A DNA stretch of 64,000 nt, from positions 1,488 through 65,487 of the forward strand of contig CAZIDG010000013.1 in the NCBI GenBank assembly GCA_964538065.1, given 5' to 3'. A model generated the notes under the pieces. The model saw only the letters and a list, made by a program, of their open reading frames with translations, made no database searches and was not told the DNA's origin. This DNA is from an uncultured Verrucomicrobiota bacterium. Its GTDB lineage: Bacteria > Verrucomicrobiota > Verrucomicrobiia > Limisphaerales > UBA1319. The position numbers were made by a program, and so were the translations under genes. Positions 35,532-44,940 of this stretch are shown in pieces. Each line of letters starts with the position of its first letter. The stretch's first letter is position 1.

Positions 35532-36320
35532 TCATTTGTGAGGCCGGGCCTTGACGGACCACCAGCAGGCATTGGCGTTGCACGGAATGTTGGCCGCGCT
35601 CAGGAGGGTTGCGCTCCCATCCCCCATGCCATAATTGCCCTTGCGGTTATGCCGGACGGCGCCTTTGTCCCCCTGTGCGAGCCGGTTGAATCCTGCGCTG
35701 TTGGCGTTGCCAATCTCCTTCCAGATCCACCATCGATCCTGCGGCCAGACCCCAAAAACATCGCTGTTCCCATCGCCAAAGAGAATCAGCCGGGAGGGAG
35801 CTTCGATGCTCGTGGATTTGCACAGGTTGTTCTCGTAACCTTCAGGGCGTCCAAATGGTGGAGGGGCGCCTCCGGAGAGCCAATGGACATTGACGGCCCC
35901 AATGCCGCTGGGGATGTCAATTTCACCCGAGGTGAATTGTCCCAAAACGGCCGGGGTGGGCGTTTTGGAATTTGAAGGCTTGGCATTCGCATAGACTTCC
36001 TGCTTTTCCGAGGGGCAGTCATACATGCGGGAGTTTTTGCCCAGATAGGGGTATAAATAAGGACGCCAGCTCGATTCAAACCCGGAAAACCTGGCCTGTA
36101 TGGGAGGGAAATACTCCCGGTTGTCCTGGGAATAAACCTGTGTCGCCAGCACGAGCTGGCGCATCCCATTCAGGCAGGCGATCTGCTGTCCTTTGGCCTT
36201 TGCCTGGCTCAACGTTGGCAAAAGCATCGATGCCAGGATCGCGATAATGGCGATAACCACCAAAAGCTCAATAAGGGTAAAACCTCCGACGTCCTGGCCT
36301 TTCTGTGGAGACATGGGCAT
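35532..36320 (-). CDS. prepilin-type N-terminal cleavage/methylation protein of the DUF1559 / H-X9-DG type
   Basis: ORF 35532..36413, ATG at 36320. [23 protein letters not shown] prepilin motif. C-terminal [16 protein letters not shown] gives H-x9-DG. Confidence 0.88.
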   Translation of the reverse strand: MPMSPQKGQDVGGFTLIELLVVIAIIAILASMLLPTLSQAKAKGQQIACLNGMRQLVLATQVYSQDNREYFPPIQARFSGFESSWRPYLYPYLGKNSRMYDCPSEKQEVYANAKPSNSKTPTPAVLGQFTSGEIDIPSGIGAVNVHWLSGGAPPPFGRPEGYENNLCKSTSIEAPSRLILFGDGNSDVFGVWPQDRWWIWKEIGNANSAGFNRLAQGDKGAVRHNRKGNYGMGDGSATLLSAANIPCNANACWWSVKARPHK

Positions 36321-36541
36321 GCTTCTGCGGAGTGTACTGTTCCCAACGCATGCCAAACCCAATGGGCGAGGGGTGATTGCCTTACGCTGCATAGGTTTAC
36401 TATGCAGTCTCATCTACAGGACTGTCATTGAATTGTCCAATATATAATGAAAATAACGGCGGGCCTGGTTGCGGGGAAAATTCCTCTCAATGGCGGACGG
36501 GTTGGCGGCCATGGGCTCGATCTACAATTCCAGCGCCGTGC

Positions 36542-39370
36542 CTAGTTTTTCGCTGTGGCCACGCCCGGACGATCCATTCGATATCGGTAGTCGGGCCACA
36601 GGGGGCAATTCAAATCAATCCAGCACTTGATCCGCTGCATTTCGTCGTTACTTAAACGGACGTCATGATGCCCGGCATCTAAAATCCGCCACAACTTGCT
36701 CTTGAGCGTGCCGAAACTCATCGGCTCGGCCAGACGATGCTCCTGGCCCCAGGTGTAGTCGAAATAATGCACCCAGCCGCCCTCGACCAATGTCCGGTAC
36801 GAGGCGGGCACGCCTTCGGCATCGCACTTTCTGGTCAAATCCATGCGCGGACTGTCTTGGGCGTTGTGACAGCGGACGCACTGTGACTCCCATACCGGTT
36901 GGACCACGTGTTCATACGCGAAGGGTCCTGCACCCCAGGGAGGCGGTTGCAGTTCGCTCGGAGCGCGATTGAGAGCCATCAAGCGTTTGGAGGCGGCGGG
37001 GGGAGTGGTCGAGCGCGGTTCGTGGCAACCCACGCAACTCCGCTGCTCGCCCGGTTGGAGTTGCACCACGCTGCGCATGCGCTGGAGCTCGTTGAAGTCC
37101 TTATCCAGGGCCTGAAAATAGAGCACCTTGCCCGCGGGCGCGTGGAAGCTGGCCGAGCCATCGTCCTCGACCGGGACGGTCCCCCAAACGCTTTTGGCCA
37201 CATAGCTTGGCCAGCCATTGGGACCGGCGACCTTATGGGTGGGGGAGGCATACCAGTCCTGGAAGGCCTCGTGGTCCTTCTGGTATTCCCCGCTGGGCAG
37301 CTGCTGCAGGTCCGACCGCAATTCCTGGCAGACGCGCAGGTATTTTACGCTGCCACGCGGGACTTCAGACCCCAATCCCTCGTAGACATTGGCGACCATG
37401 AAATGTCCCTGTTCCGGGTGGTCGGTCCGGGATTCCTGGAGGCGCCCTAGAATGGGAGGGGATGCTGTGGGACGCAAGAGAGTGGGCGACATGCTGCCGA
37501 TGGCAGGATCCAGGTACAATATCTCACGATTGCCATAACGATCGATGACATAAAGGCCAAATTTGTCCCAGGGCGCATGGCTGCAGAGGAAATAATCCTG
37601 GCTGATGGGCACGGGATCGCGGAAACACTGTTTGCGAAGCCAGGTCATGTGATATTGGGGCTTGATGTCCGGCGTGATGTTTCGGATGGCCTGGGGATTG
37701 GATCGCCCCATGGCGGGATTAATCAGGGCAATCGGCCCGTTGAGGTCGCCCCCGTGGGACACGAGGGTGCAGACGATCTCGGATGACCCGGGAACTTCAT
37801 GGCCATTGGCATAGCAATTCAGCGTGTTGTTGCCAAAGATCATCTCCGGATGAGTCCCATCGGGCCGGATGGCCCACAGGGTGTGGCCGAAATCAGCGCC
37901 TTTATCCAGATATTCCGAGCGCATCCACAAAATGCGGCCATCGTTCATCAACGAGGGCGTCCATTCGCTCAAATTGGCATGGGAGAGAGGCTGAATCCCT
38001 GAGCCGTCCAGTTCCATTCGAAAGAGCACAAACGCCTGAGGGCGCCAGCAGAGAAACCGCGCCTTGCAGCGTGTGCTGATGAAGGCCATGCCGCCATCAG
38101 GCAGCGGACGCGGGAAGAAATCATGAAACGGACCGCTGGTGATGGGCGTGGCCGCCGTGCCATCGGCATTCATGGCCCAGAGATGAAAATAATCCTCCTT
38201 GGTTGTTCGATAAGCAAAATAGACGCGGCGCGAATCAAAGCTGGCCACGGGATCGCGGGCGATGCCATTGGTCGCATCAAACAGGACCTTGATTTGTGCA
38301 CGGCCGGGGTCCAGTCGTTGCTGGGCACGGGGAATGGTCAGGAGGCATACCCCGCCGCCAGGGCCTCCCGCAGCATCCAGAATGACGCTGTAGTTGTGCG
38401 ACGGCTCATAGGGGTGGCGTTTGACAAACAGGATGTGTTTCAGTGGCGCCAGTTGAGGCTCGCGAAGGAAAAGCTGGCGTTTGGCCAGGCGCGCACGGAA
38501 ATAGAGGTCCTGCTGCCTGCTCGCGGTGTCCGCCACGCGAGGCAGGGCGAGCGACTCCTCCCGCAAGGCTGCCAGCATGGTGCGTTCCTGGCCGGCCTCC
38601 ATGCCCTGCGCTTCAAAACGGGTGAGCATCTCCTCCATTTGATTGAGAACGCGGCGGATGGGGTCCTGCGAATCAACCGCCTGCCCTGTGGCTTTTTCGC
38701 AATCGAATGCGTAGTGAAGCAGATCCGATTCCTGAAGGGGGCCCTCGGGCAGGGAAGGGGCATTCCAGCCTGCATGGGCCACCGTTTCCCACTTTTCCCC
38801 ATCAAGGGAGACTCGGACCTCGACATTGCCGGGATGGCGATCGGTGAAGGATCCATTGCGGTCGCGGGAGAACACAACCCTGCCGATGCGCGATGTCCCG
38901 GGAAATTCGATCTGAACCCATTCCTTTTGGGCCCCGGCTGCGATCCAACTGTGACTGTTGCCCTGGAGGCCGTCATTGAGATGCGGGACTTGATGAATGG
39001 CGTAGCCGGGAAGACACGAGGATGCTGTGGCCTTTCCTCCGTTGGCCGACAAGGCCAGGTTGCGTTCTCCTTCGGGGGCGTACACCTCCAACTCGTCAAT
39101 GCAGGGCTGTCCCGCAGGACTGTCCGTCAGGATTAGCCGGATGAAGCGGGCGTCTTTGCCGGGGAAGGACAGCACGTTGGCCTTGTTAGGCTCAAAGGAC
39201 ATGACCTGTGCGGGAATGGTTGGACACGCCAGCAGCAGGGGCAAAAGGCATCCGAGCCATTGTGCCAGGCGGCGGTGCGACCATCGGCGTGCCCCGGCCA
39301 GGATCGTGGTTGGCCACAAACGGCCCTCAAACACGATCGAGCATCTCCGCCTGGAGTTCACAGTCCTCAT
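36542..39370 (-). CDS. secreted discoidin-domain, beta-propeller, C-terminal di-heme c protein (HzsA-related architecture)
   Basis: 942 aa. Signal-like LGCLLPLLLACPTIPAQV. F5/8-type-C-like segments: IDELEVYAP, WVQIEFP, VEVRVSLDGEKW. A long propeller-like region follows. Two CxxCH motifs: CVGCH at 37022..37036 and CVRCH at 36866..36880. The start overlaps the GH2 stop (ATGA). Confidence 0.7.
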   Translation of the reverse strand: MRTVNSRRRCSIVFEGRLWPTTILAGARRWSHRRLAQWLGCLLPLLLACPTIPAQVMSFEPNKANVLSFPGKDARFIRLILTDSPAGQPCIDELEVYAPEGERNLALSANGGKATASSCLPGYAIHQVPHLNDGLQGNSHSWIAAGAQKEWVQIEFPGTSRIGRVVFSRDRNGSFTDRHPGNVEVRVSLDGEKWETVAHAGWNAPSLPEGPLQESDLLHYAFDCEKATGQAVDSQDPIRRVLNQMEEMLTRFEAQGMEAGQERTMLAALREESLALPRVADTASRQQDLYFRARLAKRQLFLREPQLAPLKHILFVKRHPYEPSHNYSVILDAAGGPGGGVCLLTIPRAQQRLDPGRAQIKVLFDATNGIARDPVASFDSRRVYFAYRTTKEDYFHLWAMNADGTAATPITSGPFHDFFPRPLPDGGMAFISTRCKARFLCWRPQAFVLFRMELDGSGIQPLSHANLSEWTPSLMNDGRILWMRSEYLDKGADFGHTLWAIRPDGTHPEMIFGNNTLNCYANGHEVPGSSEIVCTLVSHGGDLNGPIALINPAMGRSNPQAIRNITPDIKPQYHMTWLRKQCFRDPVPISQDYFLCSHAPWDKFGLYVIDRYGNREILYLDPAIGSMSPTLLRPTASPPILGRLQESRTDHPEQGHFMVANVYEGLGSEVPRGSVKYLRVCQELRSDLQQLPSGEYQKDHEAFQDWYASPTHKVAGPNGWPSYVAKSVWGTVPVEDDGSASFHAPAGKVLYFQALDKDFNELQRMRSVVQLQPGEQRSCVGCHEPRSTTPPAASKRLMALNRAPSELQPPPWGAGPFAYEHVVQPVWESQCVRCHNAQDSPRMDLTRKCDAEGVPASYRTLVEGGWVHYFDYTWGQEHRLAEPMSFGTLKSKLWRILDAGHHDVRLSNDEMQRIKCWIDLNCPLWPDYRYRMDRPGVATAKN

Positions 39371-42300
39371 GGTTTGGAGGGATAGCCAAGTTCCCGGAGC
39401 GTTGCCGCAAAATCCGTGGGCAGCGGAAGGGCCGGACCCTGGGCGGCGGCCTGGGCGCAGGACACAATATTGAGCAGCAGGCGGCCGGCGGCAGGATGAC
39501 GGTCCACCTGGTCCAGCACGTTAAAGGTATTGAGGTAGAATTTCCCATGCCCCAGCGGATACGCCCCCAACATCAGGCCCGAAGCATAGCCATCGGGGCG
39601 GCTCGAGTGGCAAATGGCAAACGCGGCTGCGGCGACCTCCTGAGGGGTGTCCTGGCCTTCGTAAAACACACTGGTGATCAAGGGGCCATAGTAATCCCAA
39701 TCCATGATGCCCGGCGCAGGCATGTGCGCGAACAGGGAATGGCGGGCGGCCACGCATTCCTTGTGATACAGCCAGTCGGAGAACTGTGTTAAACGGCCCT
39801 TGTTCTTCAAGGGGAGCCAGCCAACGGGATCATTGTCCTTCCGAAAGACACCGGGATCGAGAAAGACGGCCGCACAGCCCTGGGCAATCTGTTGGAGGAG
39901 ATGGGCGCGATCCTCGTCCGTCAGTGTGGGAGCCCCCACCAGCAACACCTGCCGCGCATCGTTGCCGGCCGGTTTCCATGGGGTTACCGTGACGCCGCGA
40001 GCCGCAAGCCAGGCTTGAACCCGGGCGTCGATTCCCAAGCCTGCAACCGGAATGGCCGGAGTGGCGGCCTGGGTTGCTTCAGGCTCGGACAGGTGGAATG
40101 TGAGGCGGCCAGCAGCCGGAGCCCCACCATGCTCGAAGGTGGCAACAAGGGTGTATCGGCCTGCCGGACCGGCGAGTGTGACGTCCTCACTGAACACGGG
40201 AAAGGCCAGTGGGCCCTCCTCTCCGCTGGCAGGCTGGGGAACGACCGCCTCGAGCTTTTTCTCCCAGGCGACCCCTTGAGGCCCCATGACTCGCAAACAA
40301 ACCGGATAGCGACCGGGCTTCAGCACATCCTCGTTCGCGAGGATGGCCTCGAGCTTGACGGGGCGTCCTGCATAAGCATGCATGGGGGAAGCGAAAAGAC
40401 ACCAGCGCAGGGGGGCAAACCCCTCCTGAAGCGCATCGACGATGCCAGGCTTGAACTCGCGCCAGAAGGTCCACAAGCCCTCGCCTGTATAGCCATGGTC
40501 GAGCATCCCGGTCAGATTGTACCCGCAAATCTTCGGATTCGAGCGAATCAGGCTTAATCCCAGCTCGCGCTGCCGGACGTGCAGACGTTGACTTTCCCGG
40601 AGCATGTCCTCAGGAAAGGCGTACACGCCATTCATGCCAAGACGGCGCCAGTCTGCGGCGAGCTTCTCCTCGGTCTGTTTGAAGTATTTAAAGTCATCCC
40701 AATCCGGATTGGCTCCAATCTGCTCGTAGTGGCGCAGTTCCCGAATGGCATTCATCAGGCTGCCGATGCCGTACTCGGAAAGAAACACGGGCTTGGAATC
40801 CCTGCCAAGATTGCGGATGCCGGCCTCGATGGCGGGTGTATGGGGTGTGCTTGGATAAACATGGGCGTCCCCTGCGCCTTCAAAGTAACCTCCCCAAGGG
40901 CCTCCCTTGGCGGTGCCCGCATAGTTGGGATTCTCCACGCCCCACATGTGCTGCCATTGGGTCTGGCCCGGGTTGCAGACCGACCCGACGTTATATTGGC
41001 CATCCCAGCGACCGCTTTGCTGAAGCACCAGACGCGTGTCGTCCAGCGATCGCAGCAGCCCCAGACTTGCCTGGGCATGCTGGGACATGGGGCCGTTTCC
41101 CATTTCATTCACCAGGCCAAAGATGACGATGCTGGGGTGATTCCGGTCACGCAGAATCATTTCGCGCAAATTGGCGTCGAAGCGCTCGGCCATTTTGGGG
41201 GAATCCGCCAGGAGCCATGAGGCCAGGTTTTCCTCATAGACCATCAATCCCAGCTCGTCGCAGAGGTCGAGTTGATAGGGGTGAGCCATGCCGGCGATGA
41301 AACGCACGGTGTTGAAGCCGCAAGCCTTCATGTAAACCAGATCCTTGCGCAGCAGGTCGAGAGCCTCCGCTGGCGGGAGGATGGCGCCGACAGGGCAGTG
41401 GTTCCCGGTATGCGCGCTTTTGAGGAACAATCGCTTGCCGTTGAGCCTGAAATACCCCTTCTCAACCCTCAGTTCCCGGAAGCCAAACCGCGTCAGGCGC
41501 TCGTCTCCTTCGGGGTGGCCATCATAGGCGGCGCGCGTCGTGAGGTGGTACAAATAAGGGTCCTCCGGCCCCCAGAGATGAGGCTGGGGAACGGTCAAAA
41601 GACAATCCACGACGCTGACCCCTGGGGGAATCGGCCGTTCGAGGTTCAATCGAGCCATGGCCTCGCCGGAGGTCGCGGGGGCGATGGTCCAGTGCAGCCG
41701 CCCGGCCACCGCAGAAGGGGTGGCGTTGGAGAAAGTCACCTGGACGCGCACCTCGCCATTGGTCCAGTTCGGCCGCGCAAATACATCGGTGATGCGAAGG
41801 GCGGGGACCCAGAACACCTCGACGGATTCGGTGATGCCGCCACTGTTATAGGAACCGCCCACGCCGATGCCGCTGGGCACCTTGTTTCGGTGAGGCGTCT
41901 GGTCGAGCACGATGCCATCAATGGGTTCGGCCTTGGGATTCAACACCCGGACCGCCAGCCGATTGGTCTGTCCGGGTTTGATCGAGGAAGTCACGTCCAG
42001 GGTGAAGGGCGTCTCTCCGCCTTCGTGCCCTCCCACGTCGATGTCATTCAGCCACACCCGGGCCAGATAATCGACGGCGTGAAATCGGATCAGGCAACGA
42101 TCCTGAGAGCGGGGAGCGGGTGGAATGACAAATTCGCGCCAATACCATGCCACACCATGGTAGCCCGGGAGCGATTCCTGCAGAATCCCTGGAACACGGG
42201 CTGGTTTGGCCCCGTCAGCCGGTTTTTGAAACCAGGCCTGGTTCTGGCCGGCGTTGGCAGGATCGCCCGCCACCCGCCAGTCCCCGCCATCCAGGGAAAC

Positions 42301-42399
42301 ATACGAGGATGTCGAGGTCGCGGGTTCCCCGGACCAAACGGACATGGTGACCGCCGCGATCAGGACACAACATGCGAGCCCAAATATTTTCACATTCAT
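39367..42399 (-). CDS. glycoside hydrolase family 2 with a long C-terminal extension
   Basis: ORF 39367..42558, ATG at 42399 (MNVKIFGLACCVLIAAV signal peptide). GVAWYWREF...FHAVDYLARVWLND...GGETPFTLDVT sugar-binding domain. NHPSIVIFGLVNEM (acid/base NE) and VFLSEYG (nucleophile E). Confidence 0.85.
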   Translation of the reverse strand: MNVKIFGLACCVLIAAVTMSVWSGEPATSTSSYVSLDGGDWRVAGDPANAGQNQAWFQKPADGAKPARVPGILQESLPGYHGVAWYWREFVIPPAPRSQDRCLIRFHAVDYLARVWLNDIDVGGHEGGETPFTLDVTSSIKPGQTNRLAVRVLNPKAEPIDGIVLDQTPHRNKVPSGIGVGGSYNSGGITESVEVFWVPALRITDVFARPNWTNGEVRVQVTFSNATPSAVAGRLHWTIAPATSGEAMARLNLERPIPPGVSVVDCLLTVPQPHLWGPEDPYLYHLTTRAAYDGHPEGDERLTRFGFRELRVEKGYFRLNGKRLFLKSAHTGNHCPVGAILPPAEALDLLRKDLVYMKACGFNTVRFIAGMAHPYQLDLCDELGLMVYEENLASWLLADSPKMAERFDANLREMILRDRNHPSIVIFGLVNEMGNGPMSQHAQASLGLLRSLDDTRLVLQQSGRWDGQYNVGSVCNPGQTQWQHMWGVENPNYAGTAKGGPWGGYFEGAGDAHVYPSTPHTPAIEAGIRNLGRDSKPVFLSEYGIGSLMNAIRELRHYEQIGANPDWDDFKYFKQTEEKLAADWRRLGMNGVYAFPEDMLRESQRLHVRQRELGLSLIRSNPKICGYNLTGMLDHGYTGEGLWTFWREFKPGIVDALQEGFAPLRWCLFASPMHAYAGRPVKLEAILANEDVLKPGRYPVCLRVMGPQGVAWEKKLEAVVPQPASGEEGPLAFPVFSEDVTLAGPAGRYTLVATFEHGGAPAAGRLTFHLSEPEATQAATPAIPVAGLGIDARVQAWLAARGVTVTPWKPAGNDARQVLLVGAPTLTDEDRAHLLQQIAQGCAAVFLDPGVFRKDNDPVGWLPLKNKGRLTQFSDWLYHKECVAARHSLFAHMPAPGIMDWDYYGPLITSVFYEGQDTPQEVAAAAFAICHSSRPDGYASGLMLGAYPLGHGKFYLNTFNVLDQVDRHPAAGRLLLNIVSCAQAAAQGPALPLPTDFAATLRELGYPSKP

Positions 42400-42630
42400 G
42401 CGACAGGAAACGGGTTGGAATTCACGGGACGGCTTGTAGTATAGCCCCCCGGCAAGGGAACACAACCTAAACCCGAGCAGGAATTTTGGAAACAGCCGCG
42501 CCGGGCGGATGTGGGCTCCCATGCTGGTCTCCATGGAGCTCTTGTCGAGAAGGCCCATTTAATGATAATGGAGACGTCACAATGACAGAGCATCGAAACG
42601 TTGGCATGTCGATTATTTGAACGATCCAAT

Positions 42631-43956
42631 ATGAAAGCCCGTATTTTATTATGGTCCATTACCTCGGCGCTGGCCGGGTTCCTGTTCGGCTTTGATACCG
42701 TGGTCATCTCCGGGGCCGAGCAAACCATCCAGGCTCTCTGGAATCTCAGCCCGGGACTCCACGGCATTGCCATGGCCTCGGCGCTCTACGGCACCGTGCT
42801 GGGCTCCATGCTGGGAGGATGGCCTTCCGATCGTTTTGGCCGAAAGGCCACGCTCCTTTGGGTCGGGGTCCTGTACGTCATATCGGCCGTGGGTTGCGGT
42901 TTTGCCAGTGGCATAGGCGTTTTCATTGCCGCCCGGTTTATCGGGGGACTCGGCATTGGCATCTCGACAGTGGCGGCGCCGCTCTACATATCCGAGATTT
43001 CGCCACCGGCCTATCGCGGGCGCCTGGCGGGCATGTTCCAGTTTAATATCGTCTTCGGCATCCTGATCGCCTTCGCCTCCAACTTTCTGCTCAGGGATGT
43101 GGGCGAAAATGCCTGGCGATGGATGCTCGGGGTGGCTGCATTTCCATCCATCCTTTACACGGTCATGTGCATGGGGATACCGGAGAGCCCGCGCTGGCTC
43201 ATTGGCCGCAAAGGGGACCGCCAGGCTGGCATCAAGGTGCTCCGGCTCATCGAGCCGGATGCTGCTCCTGCACAGATTGAGGCGCATGCAGATGCCATTC
43301 AGTCGGCCTCTTCCGAACACGTGGTGGCCTCGAAATTCTGGACAATCCGTTTGCGCGTTCCCATCCTGCTGGCCTTCTTGATCGCCTTTTTCAACCAGCT
43401 TTCCGGCATTAATGCGATTCTGTACTTCGCCCCGCGCATCTTCGAGTTGACTGGCCTCGGTGCAAAAGCTGCACTGCTTCAATCCGTGGGCATCGGTGTT
43501 ACAAACCTCATTTTCACCTTTGTTGGGCTGTGGTTGATTGACCAGCTCGGACGACGAACCCTCCTGTTTATTGGATCCCTGGGATACATCATTTCGCTGG
43601 GGCTGACGGCCTGGGCATTTTTTACGCAGCATTATGCCATTGTCCCCGTGTGCATCTTTGCCTTCATCGCGGCTCATGCCGTGGGGCAGGGGGCCGTCAT
43701 CTGGGTGTTCATCTCGGAAATATTCCCCAACCGGCATCGTGCTGAGGGCCAGGCCCTGGGAAGCTTTACCCACTGGATCTTTGCCGCCCTCCTCACAACC
43801 TTTTTCCCCAAGATGGTTACTTCCCTGCCTCCGGGATATGTGTTTCTCTTCTTCTGCGGCATGATGGTGCTTCAACTGGTCTGGGTGCGGTTCATGATGC
43901 CTGAGACCAAGGGGGTCCCGCTTGAGGAGATGCAAAAGAAACTCGGCATTCAATAA
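42631..43956 (+). CDS. MFS sugar porter (sugar:H+ symporter family)
   Basis: ORF 42601..43956, ATG at 42631. Motifs: GFLFGFDTVVISGA, DRFGRK, PESPRWL, PETKG. Confidence 0.9.
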   Translation: MKARILLWSITSALAGFLFGFDTVVISGAEQTIQALWNLSPGLHGIAMASALYGTVLGSMLGGWPSDRFGRKATLLWVGVLYVISAVGCGFASGIGVFIAARFIGGLGIGISTVAAPLYISEISPPAYRGRLAGMFQFNIVFGILIAFASNFLLRDVGENAWRWMLGVAAFPSILYTVMCMGIPESPRWLIGRKGDRQAGIKVLRLIEPDAAPAQIEAHADAIQSASSEHVVASKFWTIRLRVPILLAFLIAFFNQLSGINAILYFAPRIFELTGLGAKAALLQSVGIGVTNLIFTFVGLWLIDQLGRRTLLFIGSLGYIISLGLTAWAFFTQHYAIVPVCIFAFIAAHAVGQGAVIWVFISEIFPNRHRAEGQALGSFTHWIFAALLTTFFPKMVTSLPPGYVFLFFCGMMVLQLVWVRFMMPETKGVPLEEMQKKLGIQ

Positions 43957-43970
43957 AGGGAGCTGACTGC

Positions 43971-44870
43971 ATGAACAAACACCTGAAGATCGTCGGCATG
44001 GGCGAGCTGTTGTGGGATTTGCTGCCGGGCGGGAAGCAGCTTGGCGGCGCACCTGCGAACTTCGCCATTCATGCCCGCCAATTGGGTGCCGAGGGCCTGG
44101 TCGTTTCCTCGGTGGGGGCTGATCCGCTTGGACGCCAGATCCTTGAGCAACTCGGCTCCTGCGGCGTTCCGACCGATGCCATCACGATCCATCCCACGCT
44201 GCCCACCGGCACGGTGACCGTGGCTGTGGCTGAGGATGGCCAGCCGCGATTCACGATCCACGAGAATGTTGCCTGGGATGATATCCAGCCCAACCACGCT
44301 GCCCTTGAGGCGATCCGCCATGCCGATGCGGTGGTTTTCGGCAGTCTGGCGCAACGAACCGCGAAATCGCGCCAGGCGCTTCGCGATCTGCTTGCGCTCG
44401 TGCCATCGAAGGCCGTGTGCGTGTTTGATATCAACCTGCGCCAGCACTACTATTCACTCGAAACGATTGAGTACGGTCTTCGGCGCGCGAATGTGCTCAA
44501 AATCAATCACGAGGAACTGGCTGTGTTGGGCAGCATTCTGGGCATGCGTGGGGATGAACGTGAGCAGGTCAGCCATTTGGCCTCGCGGTACGACTTGAAA
44601 GTGGTGTCATTGACCCGGGGAGCCAGCGGCAGTCTGCTCCATGCCGAAGGCAGGTTCTCTGAGCATCCCGGCTTCCCTGCCAGGGTGGTCGATACGGTTG
44701 GAGCGGGGGACGCCTTCACGGCCTGCCTGACCCTGGGGTTGCTCCATGGTTGGGATCTTGAGCGCATCAACGGTCGCGCCAACGAGATTGCCGCCTATGT
44801 CTGTGCCTGCCCGGGTGCCACACCTGCCTTGCCCGAAACGATGCGTGGCTGGTTTCGTGGCGATGACTGA
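43971..44870 (+). CDS. PfkB-family carbohydrate kinase (fructokinase-like)
   Basis: 299 aa. GELLWDLLPGGKQLGGAPANFA and the catalytic or anion-hole motif VVDTVGAGDAFTA. Confidence 0.85.
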   Translation: MNKHLKIVGMGELLWDLLPGGKQLGGAPANFAIHARQLGAEGLVVSSVGADPLGRQILEQLGSCGVPTDAITIHPTLPTGTVTVAVAEDGQPRFTIHENVAWDDIQPNHAALEAIRHADAVVFGSLAQRTAKSRQALRDLLALVPSKAVCVFDINLRQHYYSLETIEYGLRRANVLKINHEELAVLGSILGMRGDEREQVSHLASRYDLKVVSLTRGASGSLLHAEGRFSEHPGFPARVVDTVGAGDAFTACLTLGLLHGWDLERINGRANEIAAYVCACPGATPALPETMRGWFRGDD

Positions 44871-44940
44871 CCTGGTGGCCAGGCCATCGCAAGGGGGGAC
44901 GGTGGCAGACCCATTCCAGAGCAGTGTCACCCGATGCTGA

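Noticed and set aside
42649-44052. 467-aa minus-strand ORF.
   Set aside because: It is antisense to the MFS sugar porter, which carries the GRK and PESPRWL signatures. Its composition is Arg/Gly/Pro/His-biased and it matches no family.
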